Source: the human T2T-CHM13v2.0 reference genome, Homo sapiens. From it: a stretch of 64,000 nt of DNA. Under the pieces are notes generated by a model. It saw only the letters and a program-made list of their open reading frames with translations, did not search any database and was not told the DNA's origin. The stretch is from NCBI RefSeq assembly GCF_009914755.1, contig NC_060926.1, one strand, 5' to 3'. The translations under genes were made by a program, and so were the position numbers. Below are positions 27,225 through 41,594 of this stretch, piece after piece. Within the stretch, counting starts at the first letter, position 1; every line of letters starts with the position of its first letter.

Positions 27225-28866
27225 TAGATGGAATGGCTCTCATTTTATGTCCAAAAATATTTAAGCATGTTGTATGTGAGGAATTGAAAGCTGTCCTAAT
27301 CAGCTATTTGAAAAACACGTGTGTTGTCACCCCGAGGACGGACGCATTTTATTCCAAAGAAAACATGGCCTCAGGGGGACGCAGAGCCTCCTCCAGGATG
27401 CCACCATCAGGAAACTCTAGGAAGGAAAGAGGATGCCAAAGGAGGGGAGATTTCAAGAGAGAGGGGTGGGTAGAACAGGGAGAAGGGAGAAGGGTGGTCA
27501 GTGAAGACCAGAGCTGATGTGGGACAGGGCGGAACACCAACAGGGTGGGAGCCCCAGCCCTATGGCAACTGATTCAGGAGCTGCCTCGGCGGTGCTTCTC
27601 CCATCCTGGAGCCCCCCACCCTTGCCTTCAGCCCCATTTCCTCATGTTTTCTCTTGCCATAACAACTTCTTCCTTCAGAGAACTCTCAGAATAACATTTA
27701 CGCTGGGGCTGACTCCTCTCTTGGGGACCTGCACTTTAACTGTGTCTGTGTCTCGTGAGGAAGCCCTCACGGCCTTTGTGTCCTTATAGGAGCTGCGGAT
27801 CAAACGTGAGCAGTTGGGACATGCTGGCTGGCAGGTGATGACATCCTCCCTCACAACCACAGCCGGAGAGGCCGGGCATCCCACCCACAGCCTTCCTGGC
27901 AAAGCAGCCCTTACAGAAGTACAGATGCAATCTGCTGCAGCTCTACCTGTAATATTCCAAAAAAGAGTTTGATTTGCCTGTGGTCTTGAGGAATCTCAAA
28001 GTTTCCATACGAGTTCTGAACAGGCTTGATAAATACACATTCCGAAGATAGCCAGGCTGCCTGTTTCTACAGTTTTTGCAGTTCCCATTCATGATCTAAA
28101 CTCACTGTGGTCAAACCAGAGCAAATCTGTGTTACCTGTTTATTGCTGCATGCATTCTTTCATCCACTTATTCTGGGTGAGCCTGGGAGTGTTTAGGAGA
28201 CACTCAAGGGTCTCGGCTACAGGTCTCCCCTGGCCTCAGTGCTTTTCCCCAGACCACACACAGCAAGTCCCTTCAGCCCTGCAGTAGCTTCTTGAACGTA
28301 AGAAACATTTAGGACTGCGAAAGAACTGCTTAAAAATATAGAAGTCAGGAAGTTAAGCAAACCTTCCTTTATTCGCCAGAATCTCTGACATCATTTCTAA
28401 TTCTGTTCTCATCGTTTCTAATTCTGTTCTCTTGCCCCCGCAATAATAAACAAAATAACTACCGGAGTCATCTGAGAATGACAAATTCTAATACATAACA
28501 CGTGTGGGATGTGTTACCTGAGACAACACAGTGAGTGTCTGTGCAGGAACAGCCGGAATCATCCAGAAATTCTCTCATTAAGGAGTGTGTTAGGTCAATT
28601 TCCTTAAAAGGAAATGTACAACTTTAATGCAATAAAAATTAATACCTGTGAATCATTCCATAGTAAACTACTTTTGGTTCATCCATTAAGTGTGATGTTA
28701 CAGCCAAGTTCTTTTCATTGATATAAAACAATTATGTTATTATACGGAAGCATTCATCCAGAAGGGACGGAATTCTCCTTAGACAGAAGCTTTCCAAGTA
28801 TGGTTATGGGCAGAGGGAGGAAGGGAAATTTGGAACCCAAATTTGGAGGCTATTTTGGTTCAGTAA

Positions 28867-29161
<295 letters not shown>

Positions 29162-30870
29162 TCAGTGCATTCTTTTTAGAAACCGCAACACCAAGTGCCT
29201 ATGAACAGCCGGGGTGCAAATGGGAACACCAGTCCCCATGCCCATTGCTTCTTTTCCAGGAAAATAACAAATAAAACATCTAGAAAACAATCTTTCTATT
29301 GGTGGATAAAACGGTTAGGTCACATCAGCAATAAAGCAGTACCCTGTGACTTCAAGGAGCATCTCCAGCCTGTATTATCTGCACTTGGAAAAATGCATTG
29401 CAAGAGTCGCTGAAGTGAGTTATAAGGTAACACTTGTCTGTAAGATTTCTAATGTTCTATAAATTCTGTCATCCAGAAAGCCCAGCTGTTCCTTCCCAAA
29501 GGCCAATTAGATGATGCAGCCTTGTGTGGGAAGCAGGTTGAGGGGAGAAAAGGATGAGGGTCCCCTTTTCTTTCCACAGTGACACCCTGTTCACCAATCT
29601 GTGATGTGACAGCAGCCTCAGGCTCCCCCAGAGAGCTACATGGCCACAATTTCAACTTCTGATACCTTAGAAAAGAAGGAGAGTGCTCAGTTCACACAAG
29701 GTTAGAACTGAGGGGCGATGTTTATATTCACGGGTGAGGAACGAGGGATGTTATAAATACATGCCTGTGTGTTCTGGGCTGTACCTGCCACCTAAAACGA
29801 CAGCTACATTATAAAACACACACAAAAACAGAACTTTTAAATTATGAAATAGAACTGAAATAAACAATAGGTTTAAGATACTTTATTTTATATTTGTGAC
29901 TGTTGTAGAAGGCTTTTTTGTTCTTACTGAAATGTTGGTAGAGCTGATGCTTTTGATGAGAGAAAAATGAGTGAATATGATGAATTATTTGATAGCTATT
30001 GGCTCAAAACTTGTGGTATGAGAGAATGAGTCAGTACTAATTCTATGTTCAGGTTTTTGCTATTGGCTTTGTGGCAGTTGTGTTAAAGCATATATACAGT
30101 TTTAAATTGTGTAGAGCCACATGGAAGCTGTGTGTGATGTACTTTCAAAACCAAGATATTTATTTTTCAATATCAACTACCAATTCTGGTTTTTGTTGAA
30201 ATTTGATATTGTTCCTATCTTTCCTTGTATCAGTCCATTTTTATGCAAATAAACCACATTTCAAAATATGTTATATTTTTATGTCATATTTTAGTGAATG
30301 AATTCAAAATCTATCCAACAACTTTTTTTGAAAGATTCTAACTGGGTGAGAAAATTTGGTTTCAATGATTTATGAAGCAGATACAGAAGTTTTATTAAGG
30401 TCATACGTGATTGTTTCTAGCAATAAAGTTATTGGAACCTTAGAAATATTCATTTTTAATAAGCTCTCTCCAAAGTGTAAACTTACTTAGAATACATTCA
30501 TTCTTTTCTCCATTTTTAGAATGTCACTTTTATTCTGAGGAGCAGATTGTTTATTTAAAAATACTTGACAGCTTATATACTAAATTTTTTCAACAACAAA
30601 AGTCTCGGTCATCTTTAGTTGCAATAATTTAATTATTTTGCCACAAGATGACTGTGAATCAATGTGAGATAGAGAAGATTCTCATGGTAGATGCTTTATT
30701 ATTGTAAAAGACTACAGGATGCTGTCATTATTTAGAAGTCTTTTTAGAAATATAAAACATATTACTTCTATAATGCTATCACCTTCCATAAAATTTTTAT
30801 CTGTTTCTTACATGTTTTTGCTACAATAGCTTGCCTATGAAAGACGCTGTATTTCAAATCCGTATGTGGT

Positions 30871-30871
30871 G

Positions 30872-30902
<31 letters not shown>

Positions 30903-30966
30903 ACATATATATGTATATGCATATGTATGTATATGTATATATATGTATATGAATATATATATATAT
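30871..30966. repeat. (TA)n/(TATG)n microsatellite
   Basis: GTATATATAT...ATGTATAT tract. Confidence 0.95.
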
Positions 30967-31126
30967 TCCAATCAAAACAGCCCGTTAGACCAAGGTCATT
31001 CTTACACAGTTCCCATAATGCATCATCCTTACTAAAAAAGGTCATTTTCTATTGAGGATAGTTTTTTTTTTTCCCCAGCTAAGGTATTACCTCTTTGCTT
31101 CATAGGTTAATAAAAAATAGTCTGTA

Positions 31127-33945
31127 CACAATAAAAAATGATACAGGGGGTATCACCACTGACCCCACAGAAATACAAACTACCATCAGAGAATACTATA
31201 AACAGCTCTATGCAAATAAACTAGAAAATCTAGAAGAAATGAATAAATTCTTGGACACATACACCCTCCCAAGAGTAAACCAGGAAGAAGTCAAATCCTT
31301 GAATAGACCAATAACAAGTTCTGAAATTGAGGCAGTAATTAATAGCCTACCAGCCAAAAAAAGCCTAGGGCCAGATGAATTCACAACCGAGCTCTATGAG
31401 AGGTACAAACAGGAGCTGGTACCGTCCTTCTGAAACTATTCCAAACAATTAAAAGGAGGAAGTCCTCCCTAACTCATTTTATGAAGCCAGCATCAACGTG
31501 ATACCAAAACCGGCAAGAGACACAACAAAAAAAGAAAACTTCAGGCCAATATCTCTGATGAACATCGATGTGAAAATCCTCAAAAGAATACTGGCAAACT
31601 GAATCCAGCAGCACATCAAAAATCTTATCCACCACGATCAAGTTGGCTTCATCCCTGGATGCAAGGCTGTTCAACATATGTAAATCAATGAATGTAATCC
31701 ATCACATAAATAGAAACAGAAACAAAAACCACATGATTATCTCAATAGATGCAGAAAATACCTTTAACAAGATTCAACATCCCTTCATGGCAAAAACTCT
31801 CAATAAACTAGGTATTAACTGATAGAATATATCTCAAAATAATGAGTTATTTATGAAAAACCCACAGCCAACATCTTATCGAATGGGCAAAAGCTGGAAG
31901 CATTCCCTTTGAAAACGAGTACAAGACAGTGATACCCTTTCTCACCACTCCTATTCAACATAGTATTGGAAGTTCTGGCCAGGGCAATCAGGCAAGGAAA
32001 GAAATAAAGTGTATTTGAATATGAAGAGAGGAAGTCAAATTGCCTCTGTTTGCTGATGACATGAGTCTATAATTAGAAAACCCCATCATCTTAGCCTTAA
32101 GCTGATAAGCAACGTCAACAGTCTCAGGATACAAAATCAAGGTGCAAAAAATCACAAGCATTCCCTTACACCAACAACAGACAAGCAGAGAGCCAAGTCA
32201 TAAATGGACTCCCATTCACAATTTCTACAAAGAGAGTAAAATACCTAAGAATACAGCTAACAAGGGATGTGAAGGACCTCTTCAAGGAGAACTACAAACC
32301 ACAGCTCAAAGAAATGAGAGAGAACACAAACAGATGGAAAAACATTCCATCCTCCTGGATGGGAAGAATCAATATCATGAAAATGGCCATACTGCCCAAA
32401 GTAATTTATAGATTCAATGCTATCCCCATCAAACTACCATTGACATTCTTCACAGAATTAGAAAAGACTACTTTAAATTTCATATGGAACCAAAGAGACC
32501 ATATAGCCAAGACAATTCTAACCAAAAAGAACAAAGCTGAAGGAATTATGCTACCTAACTTCAAAATACACTACAAGGCTACAGTAACCAAAATAGCATG
32601 GTACTTGTACGAAAACAGACATATAGACCAATGGAACAGAACAGAGACCTCAGAAATAACACCACATGTCTACAACCATCTGATCTTTGACAAACCTGAC
32701 AAAAACAGCAATGGGGAAATGATCTTCTATTCAATAAATGGTGCTGGGAAAACTGGCCAGCCATATGCAGAAAACTGAGACTGGACCCCTTTCTTACACC
32801 ATATACAAAAATTAAGATGAATTAAAAACTTAAATGTAAAACTCAAAACCATAAAAACCCTAGAAAAACACCTATGCAATACCATTCAGGACACAGGCAT
32901 GGGCAAAGACTTCATGACAAAAATGCCAAAAGCCATTGCAACAAAAGCCAAGATTGACAAATGGGATCCAATTAAGCTAAAGAGCTTCTGCATAGCAAAA
33001 GAAACTATCATCAGAGTGAACAGACAACCTACAGAATGGGAGACAAGTTTTGCAATCTACACATTTGACAAAGGTCTAATATCCAGAATCTGCAAGGAAC
33101 TTAAACAAATGTACAACAACAAAAAAACACAACCCCATCAAAAAGTGGGCAAATGATATGAACAGACACTTCTCAAAAGAAGACATTTATGTGGCCAAAA
33201 ACATCTGAGAAAAATGCTCAACATCACTGATCATAAGAGAAATGCAAATCAAAACCACAAAGAGATACGATCTCATGCCAGTCAGAATGGAGATTATTAA
33301 AAAGTCAAGAAACAATAGATGCTGGTGAGGCTGTGGAGAGATGGGAACACTTTTACACTGTTGGTGGGAATGTAAATTAGTTCAACCACTGTAGAAGACA
33401 GTATGGTGATTCCTCAAGGATCTAGAACTAGAAATATCATTTAACCCAGCGATCCCATTACTGAGTATATACCCAAAGGATAATAAATCATTCCACTATA
33501 AAGACACATGCACACATATGTTTATTGCAGCACTATTCACAATAGCAAAGACATGGAACCAACCCAAATGCCCATTAGTGATAAACTGTATAAAGAAAAT
33601 GTGGTACATATACACCATGGAATACTATGCAGCCATAAAAAGAAAGGAGATCATGTTCTTTGCAGGGACATGGATGAAGCTGGAAACCATCATCCTCAGC
33701 AAACTAACACAGGAAAAGAAAACCAAACACTCATGTTCTCACTCATAAGTGGGAGTTGAACAATGAGAACACATGGACACAGGGAGGGTCCTGTTGGAGG
33801 GTAGGAGGTGAGGAGAGGGAACTTAGAGGATGAGTCAATAGGTGCAGCAGACCACCATGGCACATGTATACCTATGTAACAAACCTGCACATTCTGCACA
33901 TGTATCCTGGAACTTAAAGTTAAAAAAAAAAAAAAAAAAAAAAAA
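31127..33945 (+). mobile_element. 5'-truncated primate L1 (L1PA8-like): disrupted ORF2, 3'UTR and poly(A)
   Basis: ORF fragments [30 protein letters not shown] and [11 protein letters not shown]...; RT motif LFADDM near 32046; L1PA 3'UTR; A24 tail; probable TSD AAAAAAnnGTCTGTA at 31112 and 33940. Confidence 0.97.
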
Positions 33946-34191
33946 GGGTCTGTAAATGTGTTTATCAAATGTGAATAAACTTATTTCCTGTTTAACAAGC
34001 TAAAATAAATACAGATAAAGGTGCAATGTATCAATCCAACATTCCGAAGATCATCTTGCATGCCACATGGAGTGCGCACACCCCCACTGCGGTCATCGTG
34101 ACATGATTCACGAACCTACTCCTTCATATCTGAGAATACCTGCCTGCCTGTTTCCCTAACTCTCCTCTGTCTTTGCTCCTCTATCCCACAG

Positions 34192-34221
34192 GAATGTCAA
34201 GAAGTGACACAGAAATCCAGG
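34192..34221 (+). other. Candidate 30-nt exon
   Basis: Branch point CCCTAAC at 34154-34160, long pyrimidine tract, CAG acceptor, donor AGG|GTTAGT. No transcript evidence available. Confidence 0.35.
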
Positions 34222-36829
34222 GTTAGTGCAGAGCCTGCGGTGGATGAGAATAGTCCAAGAAGCTGCGGGTCCCTCTCCACTACCTGCAGGAGGGAAGAGC
34301 CATGCAGGGTGGTGGCTGGGGACACACCAGGTCTGGTTCCAAATCCCCAAGAGGTTCCCCATGAAGTTGGTGAATGAGGGAGGTCAGAGGAGCAAAGGGC
34401 ACATTGGTGTAGGGAGAGTAAGCGTCAGTCTCTCCGCTACTCGCCCTTTGATTTTCCCAAAGAATCGCTGCCTCTGTCTATTAGAATGACGTCATCTCAC
34501 TGGGAGGACATTAATGAATAGTGGTCAACATGACTATGGCCTCTACCCTGCTAGATTTTTACTATTAAATATCTGCTGAACCAATGCCAAAAAGAAATAC
34601 ATGTTTAATTATTTTTTTAAATTCTACCTTTCACAGTCTGGGGTAATTTTTCCAATACTTCATGATAACTTTCCATTCCAAATCAAAGGATATGAAAATC
34701 TACCTTTTATGAACACCCCAACTATTCTACCTGCAAAACAACTTCAGCAATTACACTAATAATACAGGAATTTACATATATTTTTAATGCTTATGAAACT
34801 GTCTTATTTTTAAATTCAAAATAAATTATTAAAACTAATATAGAAGAAAATTAATGTATATGTTTTATGCAGCAGCAGGGCATAGAAAGGGAAGTAATTC
34901 AACATCATATTTTTCAGTGTCATAATCCCTACAATTAAATGCAAAGTATCTTTATTGAACTACATTAAATAGCTTTCATTTTAGACAAAAATATGGAACA
35001 TGGTAAGCCACACTCAACATACCGTGAACAATTTCATGAGTTGTTAATATGAAAAAGGATAATGATATTCATAGTGATTGCAATTGTGTTAGTTCTTAAG
35101 AACCAAAACATCTTTGATTTCACTCTTCCTAAGTGGCTTGGTGGTAATGGACCATACACACATAAAATGAAATCAATGAAAGCCATAGTTTCAATTTTAA
35201 AAAGTATTTTAAGACTAAAATGAAATTTGTATGTTAAAAATTTGTGTATTTTTGTCATTTATATATGAAACTAATTTTGGACTATTTTCTGCTTATAGTT
35301 TTTATTTAAAAAATTAAATAAAATTAATTAAAATGAGTAAGTTAATTGGAAACGTTAAATAAAATGACTACATAAGAAAGTGGTTTAATTGGTGAAATCT
35401 GCTTTAGTCACATGTATTCAATGAACTTTCAAAATAACATTCGCACACACTGATGAAACGTTGGGAGAGCAAACGTGAGATCTTTGGCTTCTGTCAGATG
35501 CTCCTTGTCTCTGAGAAGTTGGCACACATGGGTGCACACAGCCTGTCCTCTCAGTATGTGACATGGCTGGTGCGTCCTGCAGAACCCTGAGCAGGGCCGT
35601 GGGTGGGAGCGCGCTGCTCCTGCAAGGCGCAGTGGACTCCGGATCAGGGAAGCCTGGCAGGGCTTCTTGCCCTTGACCCCACTTTTGGGGTCCAGCTGTG
35701 CAGGGTGTACAATCTTTCTGATTAAATGATCAAGCCTGCCTTACCAGCACCCACACTATGGCAGAAATGGAAAGGGAGACAGACAGAGAGTGAGGACTCA
35801 GCTTGAGCCATTGGCAGGAGGAGAGGGCCACTCAGGAAACACCAGGTGCTTTTCCTCCCACTCCCTCGGCGCTCCCAGCCCTGTTCACACCTCCCTACAC
35901 AACAACAGCCTTCACCGCCTGGCCTTGGAGACGCCCGGGTTCCTGGGGTGGAAACTTTCTCCGTAGCAGTGGCTTGCCGTCCTGCTACAGTGGCCTTCTC
36001 AAATGAAGTCTCCCCTTACCTAAGTCAGGATTTGTTTTTTATTTGACAGCCACAGATCAACATTTCATCATGCCATAATTTATATTTAATGTATTTTTCC
36101 CAGTATTTTAGTATTCAAATAATAACATGATTTAAAGATCTTGGTGTATTAATATTTATACTTGTATGGATTTTATGGTAATTTTTAGAAGTAGAATTAG
36201 TGAATTTAAAGGTATGAACATTTCAAAGACCTTTGGGACATTTATTTTTTAAAAACAAGTTGCTAAGTTTAAGTCTTCATCAGATGTCTATGATATGCAC
36301 ATGGAAATATTTGAATATTTATATATTTTATGAAGTATTTCTATTATAAAATTTGTTTTGCATTAAACACTGGTGAAAATAATGTTTTCCCTATCCAAGC
36401 CTTAAATTCCTTTGCAAATCGGTCCATGAGGCAGGAAACACCCCTGGGCAGTGCCTGTCCTTGAGCGCTTTTCATCCATAGTCCCCAGGGAAGGGCTGCT
36501 CCGAAGGAAGCTGCTGGGAAAATGGGCGGCGTCCCCCAGTCCCCCAGGAACTACGATGTGTGCTGTGGGGGTTACTGGTGTCCCCCAGGAACTACCATGA
36601 GTGCTGTGGGGGTTACTGCAGAGCCTCTTTTTCAGATTAAGAAACTTCTACAACCTTTCTGGAGTTTTCTACAACCTCACTGGAGTTTTATGAATAATCA
36701 AAGGCTATTTTGGACCTATGGAGAAGGTTATATGACTATGTTATTAATACTATGTGGATTTGCCCTGATCGGCTTTTCAAAGGTCAAAGGCCCTTTGAAA
36801 CCTTGGAATTTTGTATTTATGGAATAAAC

Positions 36830-37250
36830 ATGCCATCTTGATGTATTACCTGTCCCAGTGGATTTGATTAGCTAGTGTGTAGGAAGTTTTCAGATGTGTT
36901 CATAGAAGTGATTGATCTGTATTTTCATGCTGTGTACCCATGTCAGGTTCTAGTATAAATCAAGCTATTTGTATTTTTTCAGTATTATTTTGTCAGCTTT
37001 GGGAATTTGGGTTTTTCATGGAACGTGTACGTTTTTCTCCAAATTCCTCTCCATGCTTCAACATGGATATCTTCTATTGATCTGTCTTCCGGCTTATTAG
37101 TCCTGTCCCTTTCTGTGTTCAACAAGTTATTAAGGCCAACCATTGGGTTCTTCATCTTAGATCTAATCTGCACTTCTAGAATGTCCATTCTATACTATTT
37201 TATGGAGTCCAAATCTCTTCTGAAATTCTGTATTTTGTCATCGTTTTTGT
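36830..37250 (-). mobile_element. Old L1 fragment, antisense
   Basis: TTCTATTGATCTGTCTTCC and CTTCTAGAATGTCCATT; the minus ORF KNPMVGLNNLLNTERDRTNKPEDRSIE resembles the L1 ORF1 coiled coil. Confidence 0.65.
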
Positions 37251-37269
37251 TCAGTACACAATTGTTCAC

Positions 37270-39135
37270 TTAACAGCAAAGAAATGGTGAAAGTGCCTGT
37301 GAACCAGCACACAATAGCCACTAAGTGTAAGAAAAGTATTCTTTCTTCAACTAGTGTCAGGAAGAGTGATAAAATAACTATTTCTTATCAAGAGGAGTTC
37401 AGATGAAGGGATCTTAATTGCAGCAGGAGTTAAGGTGCCATCCACACTCTGTCATGACCAGCCATTCAGCTCCAGCCACCACACACAAAGGTTCCTGCCA
37501 GGAGTGTCCTTGCTCCAAAACCACAATGCACACAGGATTTTCCCTTCATAGGTATAACATTCCTCTCATGAAAAAGGCTTATTTACAAGAGGATTGAGAG
37601 TAACATTTCTTCCAGATGAGATTTCAGAAACAATCGTAATTTTCTCAGAGATTCTCTATTGATGAGTTAGGAGTCAATGAGAAAAGTTGTATTGCTTTTG
37701 GCAGAAATAACACAAATACAGATTTTGATGGATGCATGCGTAAAGGTGCAGACGACGTTTATTCAAGGCTGAAGTGAAGCACAGCGCTGTGGGAAGTGGG
37801 GCTCCCCGGCCCGAAGACCACGACACTGTGAAAACGATAGCTGATCCCTTTGCTACAGACACGGAAGCAATTGTCTTCTTATTGCAGCATTGACACGATC
37901 TGAACTGAGTGATTAATGGATTTTTATAGAATTTTTGGCATTCAGTGTTCTTCAATTCTTCTGCATTGAAAAACCCAATGAGTCTCCTTAAAGAGCACAG
38001 CTGACAGCATCTTCAGTTTATCTGCAGCACTAAAATCATGTTAATTCCGAACAATAGCCCCAAGATATTCTTGTTGACTTTTAAAATAGTCCTTTGAGCG
38101 AAGCCTACTTACTTCTTCTTCATATTTTTCATCAGTGCTTGAGCAATCAGATTATGCAAGTTGAAAGAAGGAAGCCAGCAGTGTTGCTGAAGTTCTCTGC
38201 TGCTGGAAGGAACTTGCTGAAAGTGTTGAGGAGATAATCAATGGGAAATGCATTCCTTTAGGCATCAAGGCTGTTCTTAAATGCGATGACATTATTTACC
38301 AACAGGAAATGAAATTCTGACTTGAGGTGGGTGACTATTAAGGATTGGCCAGGACTGTCTTTTGGGATGGATTTTTGGGATGAATTTCACACTTAAATAA
38401 TCCAGTTCCTTCACACAGATGTTACCAGCCATGCTACCAGTGTGGCCTTGAGTAAAACCAACAGGTGTAATGCTGAAGAAGGAAATAAAAATTGATAACA
38501 TTTATCTTTTTTGTCAGTGGATTCTTTTTATGTTTTTGATCAAAAGACGTATATAATCCTGAAAAAAGAACGAGGGAAATATGATGCCGTGAAAGGTGGT
38601 ACTGTGTGCTTCAGCACATCCGTTTTGAAGAGTGGTTCTCAGCCTGGTGGGCTTCATTCCAGTTCATCTTCTGCACACTGGCTCACATGCTAATGCTGAC
38701 CATGCTTTCTCAGTAATGAGTGTTCCATGAGCCAAGGAGCAAAACATATTGTAGTGACCACTATAGCAGGTATGTTCCAAGATAAGGCAACACAGACTAT
38801 CACTGCAAAGAATTATATAAGCAAATTCTTCAACACAAGAAACTTAAAGCAAACCAAATTATTGAGAAATGTCATTACAAACAGATGTGTGAAACTTCTA
38901 TGCTCTAAATTATTAGATGAATGATCTGCAGTCTCATCTGTTGTCTCAATGCATACATGCATAGACGGAAATAAATCTCACTGGCTGTCCAGTGTTTTTA
39001 TTTCCTGAATCTGACAATCCCATCTGCATGGCAGCTTCTGCTATCTATGCGTTTTCTTACAATTCATCAAATAATAAGTCTTGCATCCTGTGTACTGGTG
39101 TGACTAGTAATTTTGGATACATTGATAACATTACA
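37270..39135 (+). mobile_element. hAT DNA transposon fossil with decayed transposase (Blackjack-like)
   Basis: Manual translation gives IAFGRNNTNTDFDGCMRKGADDVYSRLK (from ~37691), HDTVKTIADP, ILLH*KTQ*VSL (TRW motif remnant) and GSHANADHAFSVM (~38680, hAT dimerisation xSNAxxERxFS), in the correct order. Confidence 0.75.
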
Positions 39136-39569
39136 TATGAAAAAAGCATAGAGGTACCAGAAGACTGGTTCACCCAGCAGAGGCCTGCCCTTTGCTCTGC
39201 TCTGAAGACACAGTGGGACACCGATGGCCCTCACGTCAACAGAGCAGTGCTGGGTCGAGACGGGGCTGCAGTTTAGGTCAAGCTCCATCCATCTCTTTTT
39301 CTCTTCATGACTAGGGTTTTCACTAAGAATCTTGTTTCCTGCTTTTCTGAGGTTGGACTTAGTTCTGTAGCCTCTCCTCTCCCTGTGATAGTCTCAGGGT
39401 TTGACAAATGCCCTGAGAGTCTATCCTGGTGCACCCTGGAGCAAGCCTGGTGGTTCAGACCACAGGTCTGTGCAACGTTTTGTGTTTTCCCATCCTCCAG
39501 CAGTGGCTCTATGCCAGGGTTGCTGCGTGGAGAGCGGGTGGAATATCTGAAACCAGAAGGAAAGGACAC

Positions 39570-40745
39570 CTCAGTCTACTGCACACAGAGGCTCTAGGGC
39601 TCAGCCTACTGCACACTGAGGCTCTAGGGCTCAGCCTACTGCACACAGAAGCTCTGGGGCTCAGCCTACTGCACACCGAGGCTCTAGGGCTCAGCCTACT
39701 GCACACAGAAGCTCAGGGGCTCAGCCTACTGCACACCGAGGCTCTAGGGCTCAGCCTACTGCACACCGAGGCTCTAGGGCTCAGCCTACTGCACACCAAG
39801 GCTCTGGGGCTCAGCCTACTGCACACCGAGGCTCTGGGGCTCAGCCTACTGCACACCGAGGCTCTGGGGCTCAGCCTACTGCACACCGAGGCTCTGGGGC
39901 TCAGCCTACTGCACACCGAGGCTCTGGGGCTCAGCCTACTGCACACCGAGGCTCTGGGGCTCAGCCTACTGCACACCGAGGCTCTGGGGCTCAGCCTACT
40001 GCACACCGAGGCTCTGGGGCTCAGCCTACTGCACACCGAGGCTCTGGGGCTCAGCCTACTGCACACCGAGGCTCTGGGGCTCAGCCTACTGCACACCGAG
40101 GCTCTGGGGCTCAGTCTACTGCACATCGAGGCTCTGGGGCTCAGTCTACTGCACATCGAGGCTCTGGGGCTCAGTCTACTGCATACAGCAGCTCTGGGGC
40201 TCAGTCTACTGCACACAGCAGCTCTGGGGCTCAGTCTACTGCACACCGAGGCTCTGGGGCTCAGCCTACTGCACACCGAGGCTCTGGGGCTCAGCCTACT
40301 GCACACCGAGGCTCTAGGGCTCAGCCTACTGCACACCGAGGCTCTAGGGCTCAGCCTACTGCACACCGAGGCTCTAGGGCTCAGTCTACTGCACACTGAG
40401 GCTCTGGGGCTCAGCCTACTGCACACTGAGGCTCTGGGGCTCAGCCTACTGCACATCGAGGCTCTGGGGCTCAGTCTACTGCACACAGCAGCCCTGGGGC
40501 TCAGCCTACTGCACACTGAGGCTCTAGGGCTCAGCCTACTGCATGCACATCGAGGCTCTAGGGCTCAGCCTACTGCACATCGAGGCTCTAGGGCTCAGTC
40601 TACTGCACACTGAGGCTCTAGGGCTCAGCCTACTGCACACAGAGGCTCTGGGGCTCAGCCTACTGCACGCCGAGGCTCTGGGGCACAGCCTACTGCACAC
40701 TGAGGCTCCAGGGCATGGCCTATTGCACACTGAGGCTCTGGGGCC
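39570..40745. repeat. Minisatellite, 30 bp unit, ~39 copies
   Basis: Unit GCTCTGGGGCTCAGCCTACTGCACACCGAG; a 4-bp insertion near 40543 shifts phase. Confidence 0.98.
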
Positions 40746-41218
40746 CAGGCTGTTGCTCTGGAGCTACACACCTGTGCAGCCTGGGATTGCACTGAACGCT
40801 GCACGTGACTGTAACACAATGGTGAGCATTTGTCTATCTACATGCCTTCTTCCGGAACACCTCCTGAAGAACCTGCCAGAGGCTGTTTTACAGTTAACCT
40901 TTTAAAACATAAGTGGAAGGAGTACACTCTAAAATAAGGATAAAAAGTATCGTAAATACATAAACCAGCAACATAGTCATTTATTATCATTATCTAGCAT
41001 TGTGTACGGTGCATGGTTGTATGTGCTGGACGTTACAGTTACCGCATCGCAGCCTTGTTTACACAGCATCACCACAAACAGTGAGCAATGCGTGGCACTC
41101 TGGCGTTAGGACTGCTGTGTCACCAGGCACTGGGGAATTTCAGCTCCATGATTATCTCACGGGACCACCACTGCATACGGGGTCTGTCATTGACCAAAAC
41201 GTCCCTTTTCAGTGAGTG
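40700..41218 (+). mobile_element. Tigger3(b)/MER7-type DNA transposon
   Basis: GCTACACACCTGTGCAGC...TGTAACACAATGGTGAGCATTTGT...TTTCAGCTCCATGATTATCTCACGGGACCACC...CATTGACCAAAACGTC match recalled Tigger3. Confidence 0.85.
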
Positions 41219-41594
41219 AGTGTATTTGTTTTAAAACTCTCAAAAATAGCATGTTTTTAGAAAAACCAGCTAAGTGTAAAATAATTGAAGTTTTTTTATT
41301 GGAACAAAGTAATCACATTTGAATTACATTAATTTGTTGCATGTCATATTTTATTTAATTACATCTAAAAGCTTTAGTATTAATAAAAAGTGTTATTTTG
41401 CTTAAGGTTATATTAAAGTAGTGCTCTTTTTTACACAGTTATTATATTTCTGTCTTATGGCACCATTTGGTAATAGTCTACCTCATCTGTTTTTTATTAA
41501 ACAGACATTAGAAGTATAATTGCTTAAAAGTAGACATTACTGGAAATAATTAGCTAAGAATCGGGCCCTCAGCCTGACCAAAATCTGACTCCAC

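Noticed and set aside
31095-33759. Active L1 or intact ORF2
   Set aside because: The element is 5'-truncated with multiple stops and frameshifts; only fragments remain.
39429-40613. 394-aa leucine-rich ORF as a real LRR-like protein
   Set aside because: It is the translation of a 30 bp VNTR derived from a transposon, starts at a non-ATG codon, and has no splice or promoter support.
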